Source: a virus. Taken from it: a stretch of 64,000 nt of DNA. Where the stretch lies: positions 1-64,000 of the IMG/VR virus record IMGVR_UViG_3300046665_000384. One strand, given 5' to 3'. A model generated the notes under the pieces. It did no database searches. It was given only the letters and a program-made list of their open reading frames with translations, and was not told the DNA's origin. Within the stretch, counting starts at the first letter, position 1. Each line of letters opens with the position of its first letter. Both the position numbers and the translations under genes were made by a program. Shown in pieces: positions 9,681 through 19,198 of this stretch.

Positions 9681-10601
9681 ATGCAGCTCTACCAGATCAA
9701 CAACAACGGCAATCACTACTGCGGCCCGGCCGTCATCTCCGCCGTCGCCGGCATCGGCACCAAGGAAGCGGCCGCCCTGATTCGCCAGCGCACGGGCCGC
9801 GCGCGGGTGACGGGCACGCACTGGCATGAGCTTCAGGGCGTGCTGTCGGCGCTGGGCTACGGCATGGATGGCGTGCGCATACCGCTCAATTCCGCCGCCG
9901 CGTACAAGACCGTGAACATGCGCACATGGGGCGCGGCCGTCGCCAAGGGAAAGGCGGTCTACCTGCTCCATGTGGGGCCGAAGAAGGGCGGGCACTGGGT
10001 TCTGGTGCAGGGCCGCCATGCGATATGCAGCAGGACCGGGAACCTCGTGGCGCTGGACGACCATCCGAATGCGCGTTCGTTCGTACAGGGCGCGCGCCTC
10101 ATCACCAAAGTGCGCACGGTGGACCCTGCCGCCGTGGTGCCGAAAAAGCTGGCCAGCGCGACTCCCGCGCGCCGCAAGGCGAAGTTGCTCGCGCAGGCCA
10201 ATAACATCGGTTTGAACCGCCTGAACTCGCGCGACCCGTTCCCGCTGGAGGTCTGGCCATACGGGGGGCTTGCGGACACGGCTGGCGATCCATACAACGG
10301 CGATCACTACGCCTATTCGTGGGCCGAAGCGCTGGAGCGCGTGGAGAAATACGCTGCGATCCGGGCGAAGTCTCCGGATGCTGACCCGCTTTCCACGGCG
10401 CTGGCGCTGGCCACGCAGCACGGCATCACCATTGAGCGCGAAGACGCCGAAAATCGCACGATCTGGGTCTACCCTCCGGAGTCGATCAGCGAGGACGATG
10501 ACCCGCACGGCGACTCTCACCACGTCGCCACATGGCCGGAAGCATTGGCCCGCGTGCGCGAATATGTCGCGCTGTTGACCGGGGCGGCCGAAACCGCTTG
10601 A
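9681..10601 (+). CDS. Papain/C39-like cysteine-peptidase-fold protein with two C-terminal repeats
   Basis: YCGPAVI...GHWVLV; repeat motif DPxxxxHxxxxWxEALxRVxxY occurs twice. Confidence 0.55.
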   Translation: MQLYQINNNGNHYCGPAVISAVAGIGTKEAAALIRQRTGRARVTGTHWHELQGVLSALGYGMDGVRIPLNSAAAYKTVNMRTWGAAVAKGKAVYLLHVGPKKGGHWVLVQGRHAICSRTGNLVALDDHPNARSFVQGARLITKVRTVDPAAVVPKKLASATPARRKAKLLAQANNIGLNRLNSRDPFPLEVWPYGGLADTAGDPYNGDHYAYSWAEALERVEKYAAIRAKSPDADPLSTALALATQHGITIEREDAENRTIWVYPPESISEDDDPHGDSHHVATWPEALARVREYVALLTGAAETA

Positions 10602-10626
10602 CGCTTTTTGCGTACGCGCATACACT
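10598..10626 (+). promoter_or_regulatory. Sigma70 promoter TTGACG-N17-TACACT with variant operator (TGCGTACGCGCATAC)
   Basis: Same architecture as 8661-8689. Confidence 0.7.
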
Positions 10627-10653
10627 TTGCACATATCAACGCTGGAGCCCGCC

Positions 10654-11202
10654 ATGGAACTGAAGTCGAACGCGCCTGAAATCAAGTGGATCATCGCCAA
10701 CGCGGCGACGAACGACTTCGCGTTTTCGCTCGACCGCCAGCTGCTGTCGAAAGGCTACCTGAGCGACGCGCAGGTGGCTGCCGTCGCGCGCAAGCTGGTT
10801 CCGGTGCCCGGCGCAGTGGCGGTTGCTGGCGCTGGCGTGCAGGCCGTGCAAACCGCCTTTGCGACGGCCAGCGCCAACGGCCTGAAGCGCCCCAAGCTGC
10901 GCCTCGGCGGCTACGTCCTGAGCTTGGCCCCGGCGACCGGCCGCAATGCCGGCGCGATCTACGTCAAGTCGACCAGCGAAGAATACCTCGGCAAGATCAC
11001 CGATGGCCAGTTTCAGCCTACCCGCGAATGCACCGACGAGCAGCGCGCGGAAATCGTCAAGCTGTGCGCAAACCCGGTCGAGTCGGCCGTCGCGTACGGC
11101 AAGCAGACCGGCATCTGCGCCTGCTGCGGTCGCGAGCTGTCCGACCCGGAATCCATCGAGCGTGGCATCGGCCCGATTTGCGCCGGTAAATTTGGCTTTT
11201 GA
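10654..11202 (+). CDS. DUF6011-like zinc-finger protein
   Basis: C-terminal CACCGRELSDPESIERGIGPIC; GGAG RBS before ATG 10654. Confidence 0.8.
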   Translation: MELKSNAPEIKWIIANAATNDFAFSLDRQLLSKGYLSDAQVAAVARKLVPVPGAVAVAGAGVQAVQTAFATASANGLKRPKLRLGGYVLSLAPATGRNAGAIYVKSTSEEYLGKITDGQFQPTRECTDEQRAEIVKLCANPVESAVAYGKQTGICACCGRELSDPESIERGIGPICAGKFGF

Positions 11203-11209
11203 GGGCCCC

Positions 11210-11581
11210 ATGAAGACCCCCGACACCACCGAAAAACACCCCCCGCTGTTCCGCGAAGACGGCAAGCTCCTGCGGTCGCTCGCGTTTGTCCCGCGTGCCA
11301 ATGCGAAACCAGCGTCGATCCGCGTCACACTCCAGAGTGCGAGCAAGCCGCTCAATCGCAAGGCCAAGGAAACCATGTTCACGCTCGAAAATAAGAGCTT
11401 CCACGAACAATACCACCGCGCAGTAGCGGCCTTGGCTGACTTTCGCGGCATCCCGGCCGACGATCCGGTGCGCCTCAAGATGGAAGCGACCGCCGACGAA
11501 TTCCTGCGCTACTTCGGCCTGAAAACCAGAACCGTCACGAAAATCTACGAGGAAGTGACTTTCGAGCAAACATCCCGCTAA
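11210..11581 (+). CDS. Hypothetical protein
   Basis: RBS and operon packing. Confidence 0.65.
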   Translation: MKTPDTTEKHPPLFREDGKLLRSLAFVPRANAKPASIRVTLQSASKPLNRKAKETMFTLENKSFHEQYHRAVAALADFRGIPADDPVRLKMEATADEFLRYFGLKTRTVTKIYEEVTFEQTSR

Positions 11582-11591
11582 GGATAGCCAC

Positions 11592-11870
11592 ATGACAATC
11601 GAGAAATACGACCGCTACACCTACGAGCACAAGTCCAACATGGGCGCAAACCCGGTTTGCGTCTACGGCTGGGGCACCTACACCAGCGGCGTGCTGGAAG
11701 GCCAGCCGATGAAGTGCTTCATCGACGCCTACCCGGACGCGGAAGAGGCCCTGAAGGCGTACCCGCAGGCCCAGCCGAGCAACCGCTTCAGCGAGCCGCG
11801 CGTGAACCTCAACCACCTGCCGGGCGAAGATGATGCGGTTCCCGGCGGGATGTACCCGGACGACTACTGA
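11592..11870 (+). CDS. Hypothetical phage protein
   Basis: RBS AAGGA; operon packing. Confidence 0.7.
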   Translation: MTIEKYDRYTYEHKSNMGANPVCVYGWGTYTSGVLEGQPMKCFIDAYPDAEEALKAYPQAQPSNRFSEPRVNLNHLPGEDDAVPGGMYPDDY

Positions 11871-11871
11871 G

Positions 11872-12264
11872 ATGGACGCACCTTTCAAGGCGATCACGGG
11901 CATTCTTCAGGCCCTCTACGAGCAGGAGCAGGATGAGGCCAGCATGGCGAACTTCCTGACCCTGCTGTCGCGCCTGAGCGGCGAGATTCGCGACCTCCAG
12001 CGCGCGGCCAAGCTCACGGAGTTCGGCCGGCAGTTCACGCCGGCCGGCGAGCCGGTCGAGGACAGCACCGCGCCGCGCCAGTACCAGCCCGGCCAGCAGG
12101 TCTACACCCACGAGGGCTATCTCGGCTACATCGCGGGCTACAACAGCGATGGGAAGGCTGTCGTGAACGTCGTGTTCGAGGGGGCAGAATATCCGGAAGC
12201 AAAATTGAGCGCTATCCCCGGCGCGGAAGTCCTGCTGTCGATGATGGCAGGGGATAACGAGTGA
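11872..12264 (+). CDS. Hypothetical protein
   Basis: ATG 1 nt after the upstream stop. Confidence 0.65.
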   Translation: MDAPFKAITGILQALYEQEQDEASMANFLTLLSRLSGEIRDLQRAAKLTEFGRQFTPAGEPVEDSTAPRQYQPGQQVYTHEGYLGYIAGYNSDGKAVVNVVFEGAEYPEAKLSAIPGAEVLLSMMAGDNE

Positions 12265-12785
12265 GAAACAGAATGGAACAATCGAAGATGACCAATACCC
12301 GTTACGGCCTGAAGGTGTTTGCGGGGCTCGAATCCGCGCGAGGAGCGAAACAGGCGCGCGTACTCGTCGCCGCCACCTCTCAGCAGGCGGCGGCCGAAGC
12401 GCTGCGCGCCTGCGGCTTGCACACCACGCGCCGCACCATTGGCCAATACTGGTCAGTCACAGGAAACAGGCGGGAATGCGAACTGGCGATGTCCATGCCC
12501 GGCGCAGTATTCGCCAGCAGTGGGATTGACGAGGATGACTTCGTGCAACTGCCCGTGATTCCACCAGAGCAGCGCCAGCCGAAAGTGCCCATGGACCCCG
12601 TGCAGCGCCGCCAGAAATCGGATGCGGAGAAAATCGCGCGCGGAGAGGTGCGCTTGAACTCGTGGATTCCACCGGAGGCCGCCGCCGCACTCGCAAAGAT
12701 CACGAGCGGCAGCGAGGAGCGCGGCATCGTACGGGATGCGCTGACGCGCGCACTGATCAGCTTCGCGGCACAGATTCCGGGCTGA
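12261..12785 (+). CDS. Hypothetical protein with possible C-terminal ribbon-helix-helix DNA-binding domain
   Basis: RRQKSDAEKIARGEVRLNSWIPPEAAAALAKI...VRDALTRAL; last gene of the operon. Confidence 0.5.
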   Translation: MRNRMEQSKMTNTRYGLKVFAGLESARGAKQARVLVAATSQQAAAEALRACGLHTTRRTIGQYWSVTGNRRECELAMSMPGAVFASSGIDEDDFVQLPVIPPEQRQPKVPMDPVQRRQKSDAEKIARGEVRLNSWIPPEAAAALAKITSGSEERGIVRDALTRALISFAAQIPG

Positions 12786-12834
12786 TCCGGAAAATCACAC
12801 CGATTGGTACCGAATCACACCATTCGGTACCACA

Positions 12835-13044
12835 TCAAGCGCGCGCGGCCTCGCCTTCCCGGATCGCCTTTTCGATGCGTTCGGCGCGCTTGTCCGCCTT
12901 GTAGCCGTTCACAACGAGAATCGCGTGGATGACGCCCGGAATCCACCCCAGCAGCGTCAGGAAGAAGTTGAAAAAGGCTTGCACGGGCTTGCCGCACAGT
13001 AGGACGGCCAGCGGCGGGAAGATGATGGCGAGGAGGTAGCGCAC
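12835..13044 (-). CDS. YqaE/Pmp3 family small membrane proteolipid
   Basis: LLAIIFPPLAVLL...LTLLGWIPGVIHAILVV; GTG start at 13044 with AAGGGG RBS. Confidence 0.9.
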   Translation of the reverse strand: MRYLLAIIFPPLAVLLCGKPVQAFFNFFLTLLGWIPGVIHAILVVNGYKADKRAERIEKAIREGEAARA

Positions 13045-13129
13045 GGTTGCCCCTTGTTGTCTTGTGGAAATGGCGTCAACGGTAACAAATGCCGGGCAGA
13101 ATGTCAAAAAGTCATGCCCGGCTGTTGCA

Positions 13130-13648
13130 CTATGTCCCGCTCCACGGTTCGAGGTCGTGCAGCTCGTCGCGCGGCGAGATGACCCACTTGGACACGTAGG
13201 GGTAGATCGAGACGCCGCTGACCTGCCCGACGATTTCAAAGCCGATCAGCACGCCGCCGCCGGGCATCATGCCCACCAGATCGCCTTTCTGCGGCTCGGG
13301 GCCGGGCTGCTGTACGCCGTCGACCACCTCATCCACGCACACGATCTGCGCCTCCTGCTGGGCCTCCTCGGGCACGACGGCATCGCCCCGGTCCGTGAGG
13401 GCCGCGCCGCCCTCGTAGCGGCCCGTGATGAGGATTTTCCCGGTACCGATCCTGACGTACTCGTAATCGGGCTCGTCCTCGCTCTTGAGCACGCCCAGCC
13501 CGCCGAGGGTCGGCAGGCCGCCCAGCGTCTCGTCGGCCGTGCGCAGCACCTGCTTGCGGAACAGTACGCAATCCACCGAATTCGGATGCTTGAGGGTGAC
13601 GGTGCGCGCCGCCTCCATGATCTTGATGGGCACTTGGGTGATCGTCAT
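13130..13648 (-). CDS. Putative virion morphogenesis protein
   Basis: Coupled to the gp25-like gene in a late operon. Confidence 0.55.
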   Translation of the reverse strand: MTITQVPIKIMEAARTVTLKHPNSVDCVLFRKQVLRTADETLGGLPTLGGLGVLKSEDEPDYEYVRIGTGKILITGRYEGGAALTDRGDAVVPEEAQQEAQIVCVDEVVDGVQQPGPEPQKGDLVGMMPGGGVLIGFEIVGQVSGVSIYPYVSKWVISPRDELHDLEPWSGT

Positions 13649-14679
13649 TTCTTCGCTGCTGCCTTTACGATTTGGTCAAACTGGGCTTGCGTGATCGCGC
13701 CGAGCTGGAGCAGGGACCGGGCGTGCCGCTCCACCTGCCGCATGGACGCCGTGGGCTTGGCTGCGTCGACGGCCGCCTTCTTCATGTCGCGCTTGGCCTT
13801 GGCGCGCGCGGCGGTTTCCTTTTTCTCCGCGCTCGTGCGCAGGTTGGTGCTGGACGTGCGTTTGCTGGACTGCGCATCGGCCATCTGGCGCAGCTCGGCG
13901 ACCTTCGTTTTCTCCGCCTTGATCTGGGAGCGGTCGAGCGTGTCGCGCGCCTTGAGCACTGCCTGCGCGATCTTCGCCTGCACCGCGGCGTCCTTCAGGA
14001 CGACGTGCATCGTGCGCAGGACGTGCTTGCACGCGACGCCGTACAGCTTCGGGTTCCTGATCTTCGGATAGCCCGTCTCGTTGCGGCCCTCGTTGTACTT
14101 GCCGATGGTCGCCATGTAGCGGTACCAGAACGTGTGCCGGCCGCAGTCGCAGTCGAACAGCAGGCGGCCGGCCGTCACCAGCTTGGCGAGTTTCTTCGGG
14201 TCGTTCGGCGACGCGCCTACGGCCGCATCGAAGTCCAGAAAGCGGACGTGCACATGGTGGCGCGCGACGTCCGAATCCGGGCCGGCGTTGGTGATGAAGT
14301 GCACCTTGCCGCCTTGAATGCTGGCCGGTACCGCCATGCGAATCTGCTTGTTCGCGCGCTCGCGGTCGGCCGGCAGCGACAGGTCGATGACCGACTGCGC
14401 CGTGATGCCGCCCTTGAATTTCTTCTTCAGGCGCGTGACGTTCTGCTGGAACGCCCGGATGTCGTCAATCGTGAGCTGGCGGATTTCGCCGCGCAGGCTC
14501 GTCGTCAGCAGGCGGCCGGCGTCGTACTCGCCCGAAACCTCGTTCGGGTTGAGGATCGTCGTGGCGGCCATGCGGCGCGCCAGATCGAACTGGGCGGCCT
14601 CCTGCGCCTCGCGCTTGACCGACCCGAGCCGGGCGGTCGCCGTGCGCAGCAGGTCCTTAACTGAGGGCTTCGTAGGCAC
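13645..14679 (-). CDS. P1 gp25-like tail protein with SWIM-type zinc finger
   Basis: FDCDCGRHTFWYRYMAT...YPKIRNPKLYGVACKHV. Confidence 0.65.
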   Translation of the reverse strand: MPTKPSVKDLLRTATARLGSVKREAQEAAQFDLARRMAATTILNPNEVSGEYDAGRLLTTSLRGEIRQLTIDDIRAFQQNVTRLKKKFKGGITAQSVIDLSLPADRERANKQIRMAVPASIQGGKVHFITNAGPDSDVARHHVHVRFLDFDAAVGASPNDPKKLAKLVTAGRLLFDCDCGRHTFWYRYMATIGKYNEGRNETGYPKIRNPKLYGVACKHVLRTMHVVLKDAAVQAKIAQAVLKARDTLDRSQIKAEKTKVAELRQMADAQSSKRTSSTNLRTSAEKKETAARAKAKRDMKKAAVDAAKPTASMRQVERHARSLLQLGAITQAQFDQIVKAAAKK

Positions 14680-14974
14680 GCTGTTCTTCCGTGGTCAGGT
14701 AGCCGGTCTGGCGCTTGATGATGGCGAGCTGTGCGGCCGTGGGCAGCACCAGCTGCTGCTCGGGCACGATCTGCTCGACCGTATCGAGGCCGGCGGCGGC
14801 GAAGATCGCCATGAACTCGCTACGCGAGCCGTAGACCCGCTGCGCGATGAGGGTGATGTCGTCGCGCTCGTCGGGCTTCGTGAAATAGCGGATCGCCTCG
14901 GCCCAGCCCGGCGTCTTCAGGGAGAACGCGCGGACGGCCTTGACGAATGCTGCGGTGGATGCCGGGGTGTGCAT
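14657..14974 (-). CDS. Baseplate wedge protein (P1 gp26 / LysM-like)
   Basis: DITLIAQRVYGSRSEFMAIFAAAG...LVLPT. Confidence 0.65.
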   Translation of the reverse strand: MHTPASTAAFVKAVRAFSLKTPGWAEAIRYFTKPDERDDITLIAQRVYGSRSEFMAIFAAAGLDTVEQIVPEQQLVLPTAAQLAIIKRQTGYLTTEEQRAYEALS

Positions 14975-14983
14975 TCGGCACCT

Positions 14984-17401
14984 TTACGGACGGGTATGGC
15001 GCTGCTTTTCCAGCCAGCCCGCCGACGTGTACACGAGGTCCGACGAGATCGCCTTGGTCGATCCGTTCCCCACGTTCGGGGGCGAGTTATTGAGCCAGAT
15101 CGCAGCCCCGGCGGCGAATGCGACCGCATAGCCGCTGCCGCACAGCGTAAGCGGCTGTCCGTAGCGGGCGCCAGCTGCCAAAGTGGCCCCGGTTCGATCC
15201 GCGCCGTTCCCGCTCAGCATCATCGTCTGTGCCAAGATCGGCACCTGCACAGCATTTGCCGTGACGTTGTACGCTTGGTAGGTGCCCGGACCCGGCCCGT
15301 ACCAGTGCGCCATCGTAAAGCACCATTTGCCATTGAGGAACATGAAAACAGCCACATCGCAGGCCGCCATATTGCCGTTCACGAGCTGGCCCTGCTGACC
15401 AATCGGCAGAGTGGCCCCCGCCTGTCCGAAGTCGGCAGTCCCGCCCTGAACCAGCTCAATTGGCCAGCTGTTGTTCTTCAGGACGAAGACCTGCCCCTCT
15501 TTTGCGCCTGCGGTAGACAGCGTGATCCCGGTGCGGGCGGTAGTGCCGCCGTGGACGTATAGCCCGGCAGTCTTCGTGCTGATGACCTGATTGTCGCCCG
15601 TCAGCGCCACCGCGTTGATCAGGTCGTCGAAACGGAAGGCCGCAATGCCATTGCTACTCGCGACGAAGGCCGGCAGTGGCCCGCCATTGGCATCGCAGAT
15701 CGCATTGGAAGCGTCCGAATTGTGGCCATCGACCGTCAGTAGCGCATACGAAGCCCCGGAAGACTTGAAGTCGGCGGCAAACCGCTCGAAGTAGTTGCAG
15801 ACCGCATTCAGGCCGCCGTTGAAGTAGACGCCAGTGCCCACGCCGCCCGTGTAGGGGCGCGCGCCGGAATTGGCCCCGGAGAACGACTGAATCAGGTTGT
15901 GGGCCATGGTGTTGCCGCCACCGTTGACCAATGACACGGGCTGATCGCCCACGATGCCGTTACTCAAAATGCGTGTCGCGTTGATGCCGCCCGTGGTCCC
16001 GGCCGTCAGGATGCCGTACTCGAACTGGCGCACGCCCTGCGTGGTGACGGCGATCAGGTTGCCGGGGCCGATGGTATGCGTGTAGCTGCCGGCCTTGAAC
16101 GTGCCGAGATAATCCCGGTCGTCCAGCAGGATGCCGATGCCGCTGGACGTGTCGCGCGGCGCAAGGTTGACGTTGTGCGGGTTGAACCGCGCGGCTCCCT
16201 GCACGGCGATGCCTACCGCCTTGGCCGGCACTGGCGCGTAGAAGTTGGCGCATTCGCAGTCGCTCGCGCGCACCGAAATGACCGCGTACACTTCCCAGCG
16301 CGCGGCCGCCCAGTCGGCGCTGAACGTCGCCCCGGACAGGTGCGCGGTCTTGCAGAAATAGGGCAGGCCGTCCGGCGTGCGCACGAGGTCATTGACTGCA
16401 TAGTTGACGCCGACCGCCCAGTTGCCACGGTCCACCACCGTCATCTGCAACTTGATGTAGGTCTCGTGCAGGCTCACGCCGCACAGCCGGGTCTGGCGCT
16501 TCGACAGCACCAGCGGGCGCGACGTGATGAACAGCTTGCGCTTGAGGTTGATGGTGCCGCCGACATCGAGTGTCGCCTGCAATTCGTCGGTGTCATCGGC
16601 CACGCCGTCGCCAATGGCTTGGAACCACTCGGGGTTCACTCCGCCCTCATAGACGCGATCCCAGACCGCCGCGCCCACGATGCGGGTGCCGCCGTTGTCG
16701 ACCGCTGATGCCGGATCCAGATCGTCGCGGCGGATGAACATCCCCGCGATGCCGACCGGGACGGCGGTTCCGACCATACCCGTCACGTCCACGCGCTTCG
16801 CTGGCCCGGTATAGGTGCGCAGCGCCGCGTAATCGCTGACGAAACCGCTCGCGTTGGCCGAGGTGGCTTCCGCCATCGCCCGCGCCACGGCGGCCTGCTC
16901 ACTGGCCACGGAAGCCTGATTCAGCGCGGTTTGCGCGGCCTCCTGCGCGTAGCTGGACTGGAGGGCGATGTCGGCCGACTGGGCGTCGTTGTTGACCGTG
17001 ATCGAACCGGGCGGCAGCACCGAGAAGTCCAGCACATACGTCACCGGGATAGGAATGTCGGGCGACTTGTAGAACAGGTAGGCCGCCGCGTGCGAGAGCA
17101 CGGCAAACAGCGTGTTCCCGGAATAAAAGCCGATTTCGCCGATCCACTTATCGTTGGCCGAGCGGTTGTCGGGCGCGGAATTCGTCAGCAGCACCCCGAC
17201 CTGAATCGAGCTGGGCGAAATGGTCGTGCCGCCATCGACGGGATAGCGCACGAATTCCTGCTTTAGAGCGGACTCGAAGCCGCTCGGGTCGTACTTCTGG
17301 CCACCGAACGCAATATGCGTGATGGCGACATTGAAGCCCGGTTGCTGCCCGGTGAACAGGGCGAGGCCATCGGAAGTGAGCGTAGGATTCAGGTTAATCA
17401 T
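14984..17401 (-). CDS. Tail spike: shared baseplate-anchor domain + beta-helix (pectate-lyase-like) with CBM5/12-like insert
   Basis: VNPEWFQAIGDGVADDTDELQ; WAVGVNYAVNDLVR...YFCKTAH; N-terminal ~140 aa paralogous to three neighbours. Confidence 0.8.
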   Translation of the reverse strand: MINLNPTLTSDGLALFTGQQPGFNVAITHIAFGGQKYDPSGFESALKQEFVRYPVDGGTTISPSSIQVGVLLTNSAPDNRSANDKWIGEIGFYSGNTLFAVLSHAAAYLFYKSPDIPIPVTYVLDFSVLPPGSITVNNDAQSADIALQSSYAQEAAQTALNQASVASEQAAVARAMAEATSANASGFVSDYAALRTYTGPAKRVDVTGMVGTAVPVGIAGMFIRRDDLDPASAVDNGGTRIVGAAVWDRVYEGGVNPEWFQAIGDGVADDTDELQATLDVGGTINLKRKLFITSRPLVLSKRQTRLCGVSLHETYIKLQMTVVDRGNWAVGVNYAVNDLVRTPDGLPYFCKTAHLSGATFSADWAAARWEVYAVISVRASDCECANFYAPVPAKAVGIAVQGAARFNPHNVNLAPRDTSSGIGILLDDRDYLGTFKAGSYTHTIGPGNLIAVTTQGVRQFEYGILTAGTTGGINATRILSNGIVGDQPVSLVNGGGNTMAHNLIQSFSGANSGARPYTGGVGTGVYFNGGLNAVCNYFERFAADFKSSGASYALLTVDGHNSDASNAICDANGGPLPAFVASSNGIAAFRFDDLINAVALTGDNQVISTKTAGLYVHGGTTARTGITLSTAGAKEGQVFVLKNNSWPIELVQGGTADFGQAGATLPIGQQGQLVNGNMAACDVAVFMFLNGKWCFTMAHWYGPGPGTYQAYNVTANAVQVPILAQTMMLSGNGADRTGATLAAGARYGQPLTLCGSGYAVAFAAGAAIWLNNSPPNVGNGSTKAISSDLVYTSAGWLEKQRHTRP

Positions 17402-17430
17402 GGGGGCGCATCAAGAGAATTGATGCGCCC

Positions 17431-17472
17431 ATTCTGTGGCGCACGAGCAGGCCGCCGCCCGGCGCTTTTCCT
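17431..17472 (-). promoter_or_regulatory. Late-type promoter B (AGGAAAA-N29-CAGAAT)
   Basis: Conserved motif and spacing. Confidence 0.8.
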
Positions 17473-17485
17473 ATGCCCCCATAGG

Positions 17486-19183
17486 TTACGGCTCGATCCA
17501 CCCCTTGATGTGCAATTTGCCTGCGCTGCGGAGGCCAGCCATGCTCCCGTCGTTGTAGTAATTGAATTTCTGGTAATACAGGAACGGGATTTGAATGTTG
17601 GTGAAGTAATAAGGCTCCGTCGTGGTGGCGTTTTTCCTCATGTACCCCGTGTGCACGATGTGGTTGCTGCCATCCGGGTCGAAATACTCGGCATAGTCGC
17701 CCTGCGTCGCCGTCGAAAATGCGCCGCCGGATTCGAGGATTGCCGCCGTGGCCAGAGGGCTGATATAGCCGGCGCACTGCAATACCGCACCGGGCACCGT
17801 AAAGCGGCCGGCGGAAACGTCCGGCGACTGCAATTCGTTCATCTTGCAGCGCACGACCGTCCCGCTGTCGTAGATGTTGCGCACGGCGTCGTCGTCCATG
17901 TAGAACGACGAGATGTAGACGTAGTTCTGCGCGTTCGGGGGCGCGGGCAGAAGGAAGTCGCCGAACGCCAGACCGCCGGGCACATCGAGCGTGACGGTGG
18001 AGGCGCTGTTGGCGGTAATCTTGGCGATACGGCCGGACCAGCCCGAGCCCTCACTGATGATCAGGCAATCTACGCCCGCGAGATTGTTCGCGGTCTTCCA
18101 CGCGTACGTCTGCACGAGCTGGGCGTGCACCATCTCCCCAGCCATGTTCAGCGTGACCACGTTCCCGGCGACGGAGGAGACCCGCAGGAATGGCATGGTG
18201 ACGATTTTCGCGCTCGTGTCGCCGGGGTTGGAAATGGCGAACGCTGCATACCAGTTGTCCGAGCGGAACGTGCTTTCTGCACCGAGCCCTTCCGGCGCGC
18301 ACGAGGCGATATTGTCGAGGAGCGGCAGCATCGGACCGCGCGCTTTTGTGTAATGGCCACGGTAGCGGAAGCCGCCCATGGTGGCAAAGCGCCGCGAAAT
18401 CGTGACCGACAGCGCGTTGTGGTACAGCAGCGCGTCGCGCGGGCTTGCCACGACCGGCACAAGGGCCAGCGCATCGGCCACGCTGCCGGTTCCGTATCCG
18501 ATCTGCGTTGCGCCGCCGGGAGCGGCAAAGGCTGAGGCTTCGACGTTCGGGATGTACCAAACGGCCCCGTTCCACGTCTTTTCCGCGCCCGCGATGATGT
18601 CGAAATAGCGGTCGCCCTTCTGGCTGGCCGTGCCATCGGGGCGCGCAGTCGGCGCTACCGCCAGCGGCCCGTAATAGGTCGAGCGGACTTGGGTTGCGGC
18701 GACAGCTGCCGCCGCCGCGTTCGCCTGTGCGGTTTGCGCGGCAAGCCGCAAGTCGTCCGAAACCGTGGGCGTATTGACCGTCAGGGCATTCGGCGGCAGC
18801 GTCGAAAAGTCCAGCACGTAGCTGATCGGAACATCGAGCCCCGGCGACTTGTAGAACAGCGCCCCTTGGGCTTGGCTGAGCACCGCGAGCAGCGTTGTCC
18901 CGACGTAAAAGCCGACCTCACCGATGAATTTGTTGTTGGGCGTGCGCCCCTGCGCATCCGCGTCCTTCAGGAGGGCGCCAATCTCGATCTGGCTGGGCGA
19001 GATGTTCGCGCCGGACGACACCGGGAACCGGGCGAACTCGGCATGCAAGGCGACCTCGGCCCCGGTCGGGTCATAGAAGGCGCTGCCAACTGCAATATCC
19101 GTGACGGAAACGGAAAAGCCGGGGGCCTGATTGGTGAACAGGGCAAGCCCGGCCGTCGTAATTCTTGGGTTTCGAGTAAGCAT
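17486..19183 (-). CDS. Tail fibre / receptor-binding protein
   Basis: Shared anchor domain; YYGPLAVAPTARPDG...GDRYFD...WNG fibre motif. Confidence 0.75.
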   Translation of the reverse strand: MLTRNPRITTAGLALFTNQAPGFSVSVTDIAVGSAFYDPTGAEVALHAEFARFPVSSGANISPSQIEIGALLKDADAQGRTPNNKFIGEVGFYVGTTLLAVLSQAQGALFYKSPGLDVPISYVLDFSTLPPNALTVNTPTVSDDLRLAAQTAQANAAAAAVAATQVRSTYYGPLAVAPTARPDGTASQKGDRYFDIIAGAEKTWNGAVWYIPNVEASAFAAPGGATQIGYGTGSVADALALVPVVASPRDALLYHNALSVTISRRFATMGGFRYRGHYTKARGPMLPLLDNIASCAPEGLGAESTFRSDNWYAAFAISNPGDTSAKIVTMPFLRVSSVAGNVVTLNMAGEMVHAQLVQTYAWKTANNLAGVDCLIISEGSGWSGRIAKITANSASTVTLDVPGGLAFGDFLLPAPPNAQNYVYISSFYMDDDAVRNIYDSGTVVRCKMNELQSPDVSAGRFTVPGAVLQCAGYISPLATAAILESGGAFSTATQGDYAEYFDPDGSNHIVHTGYMRKNATTTEPYYFTNIQIPFLYYQKFNYYNDGSMAGLRSAGKLHIKGWIEP

Positions 19184-19198
19184 AGGGGTAGCTATCGT

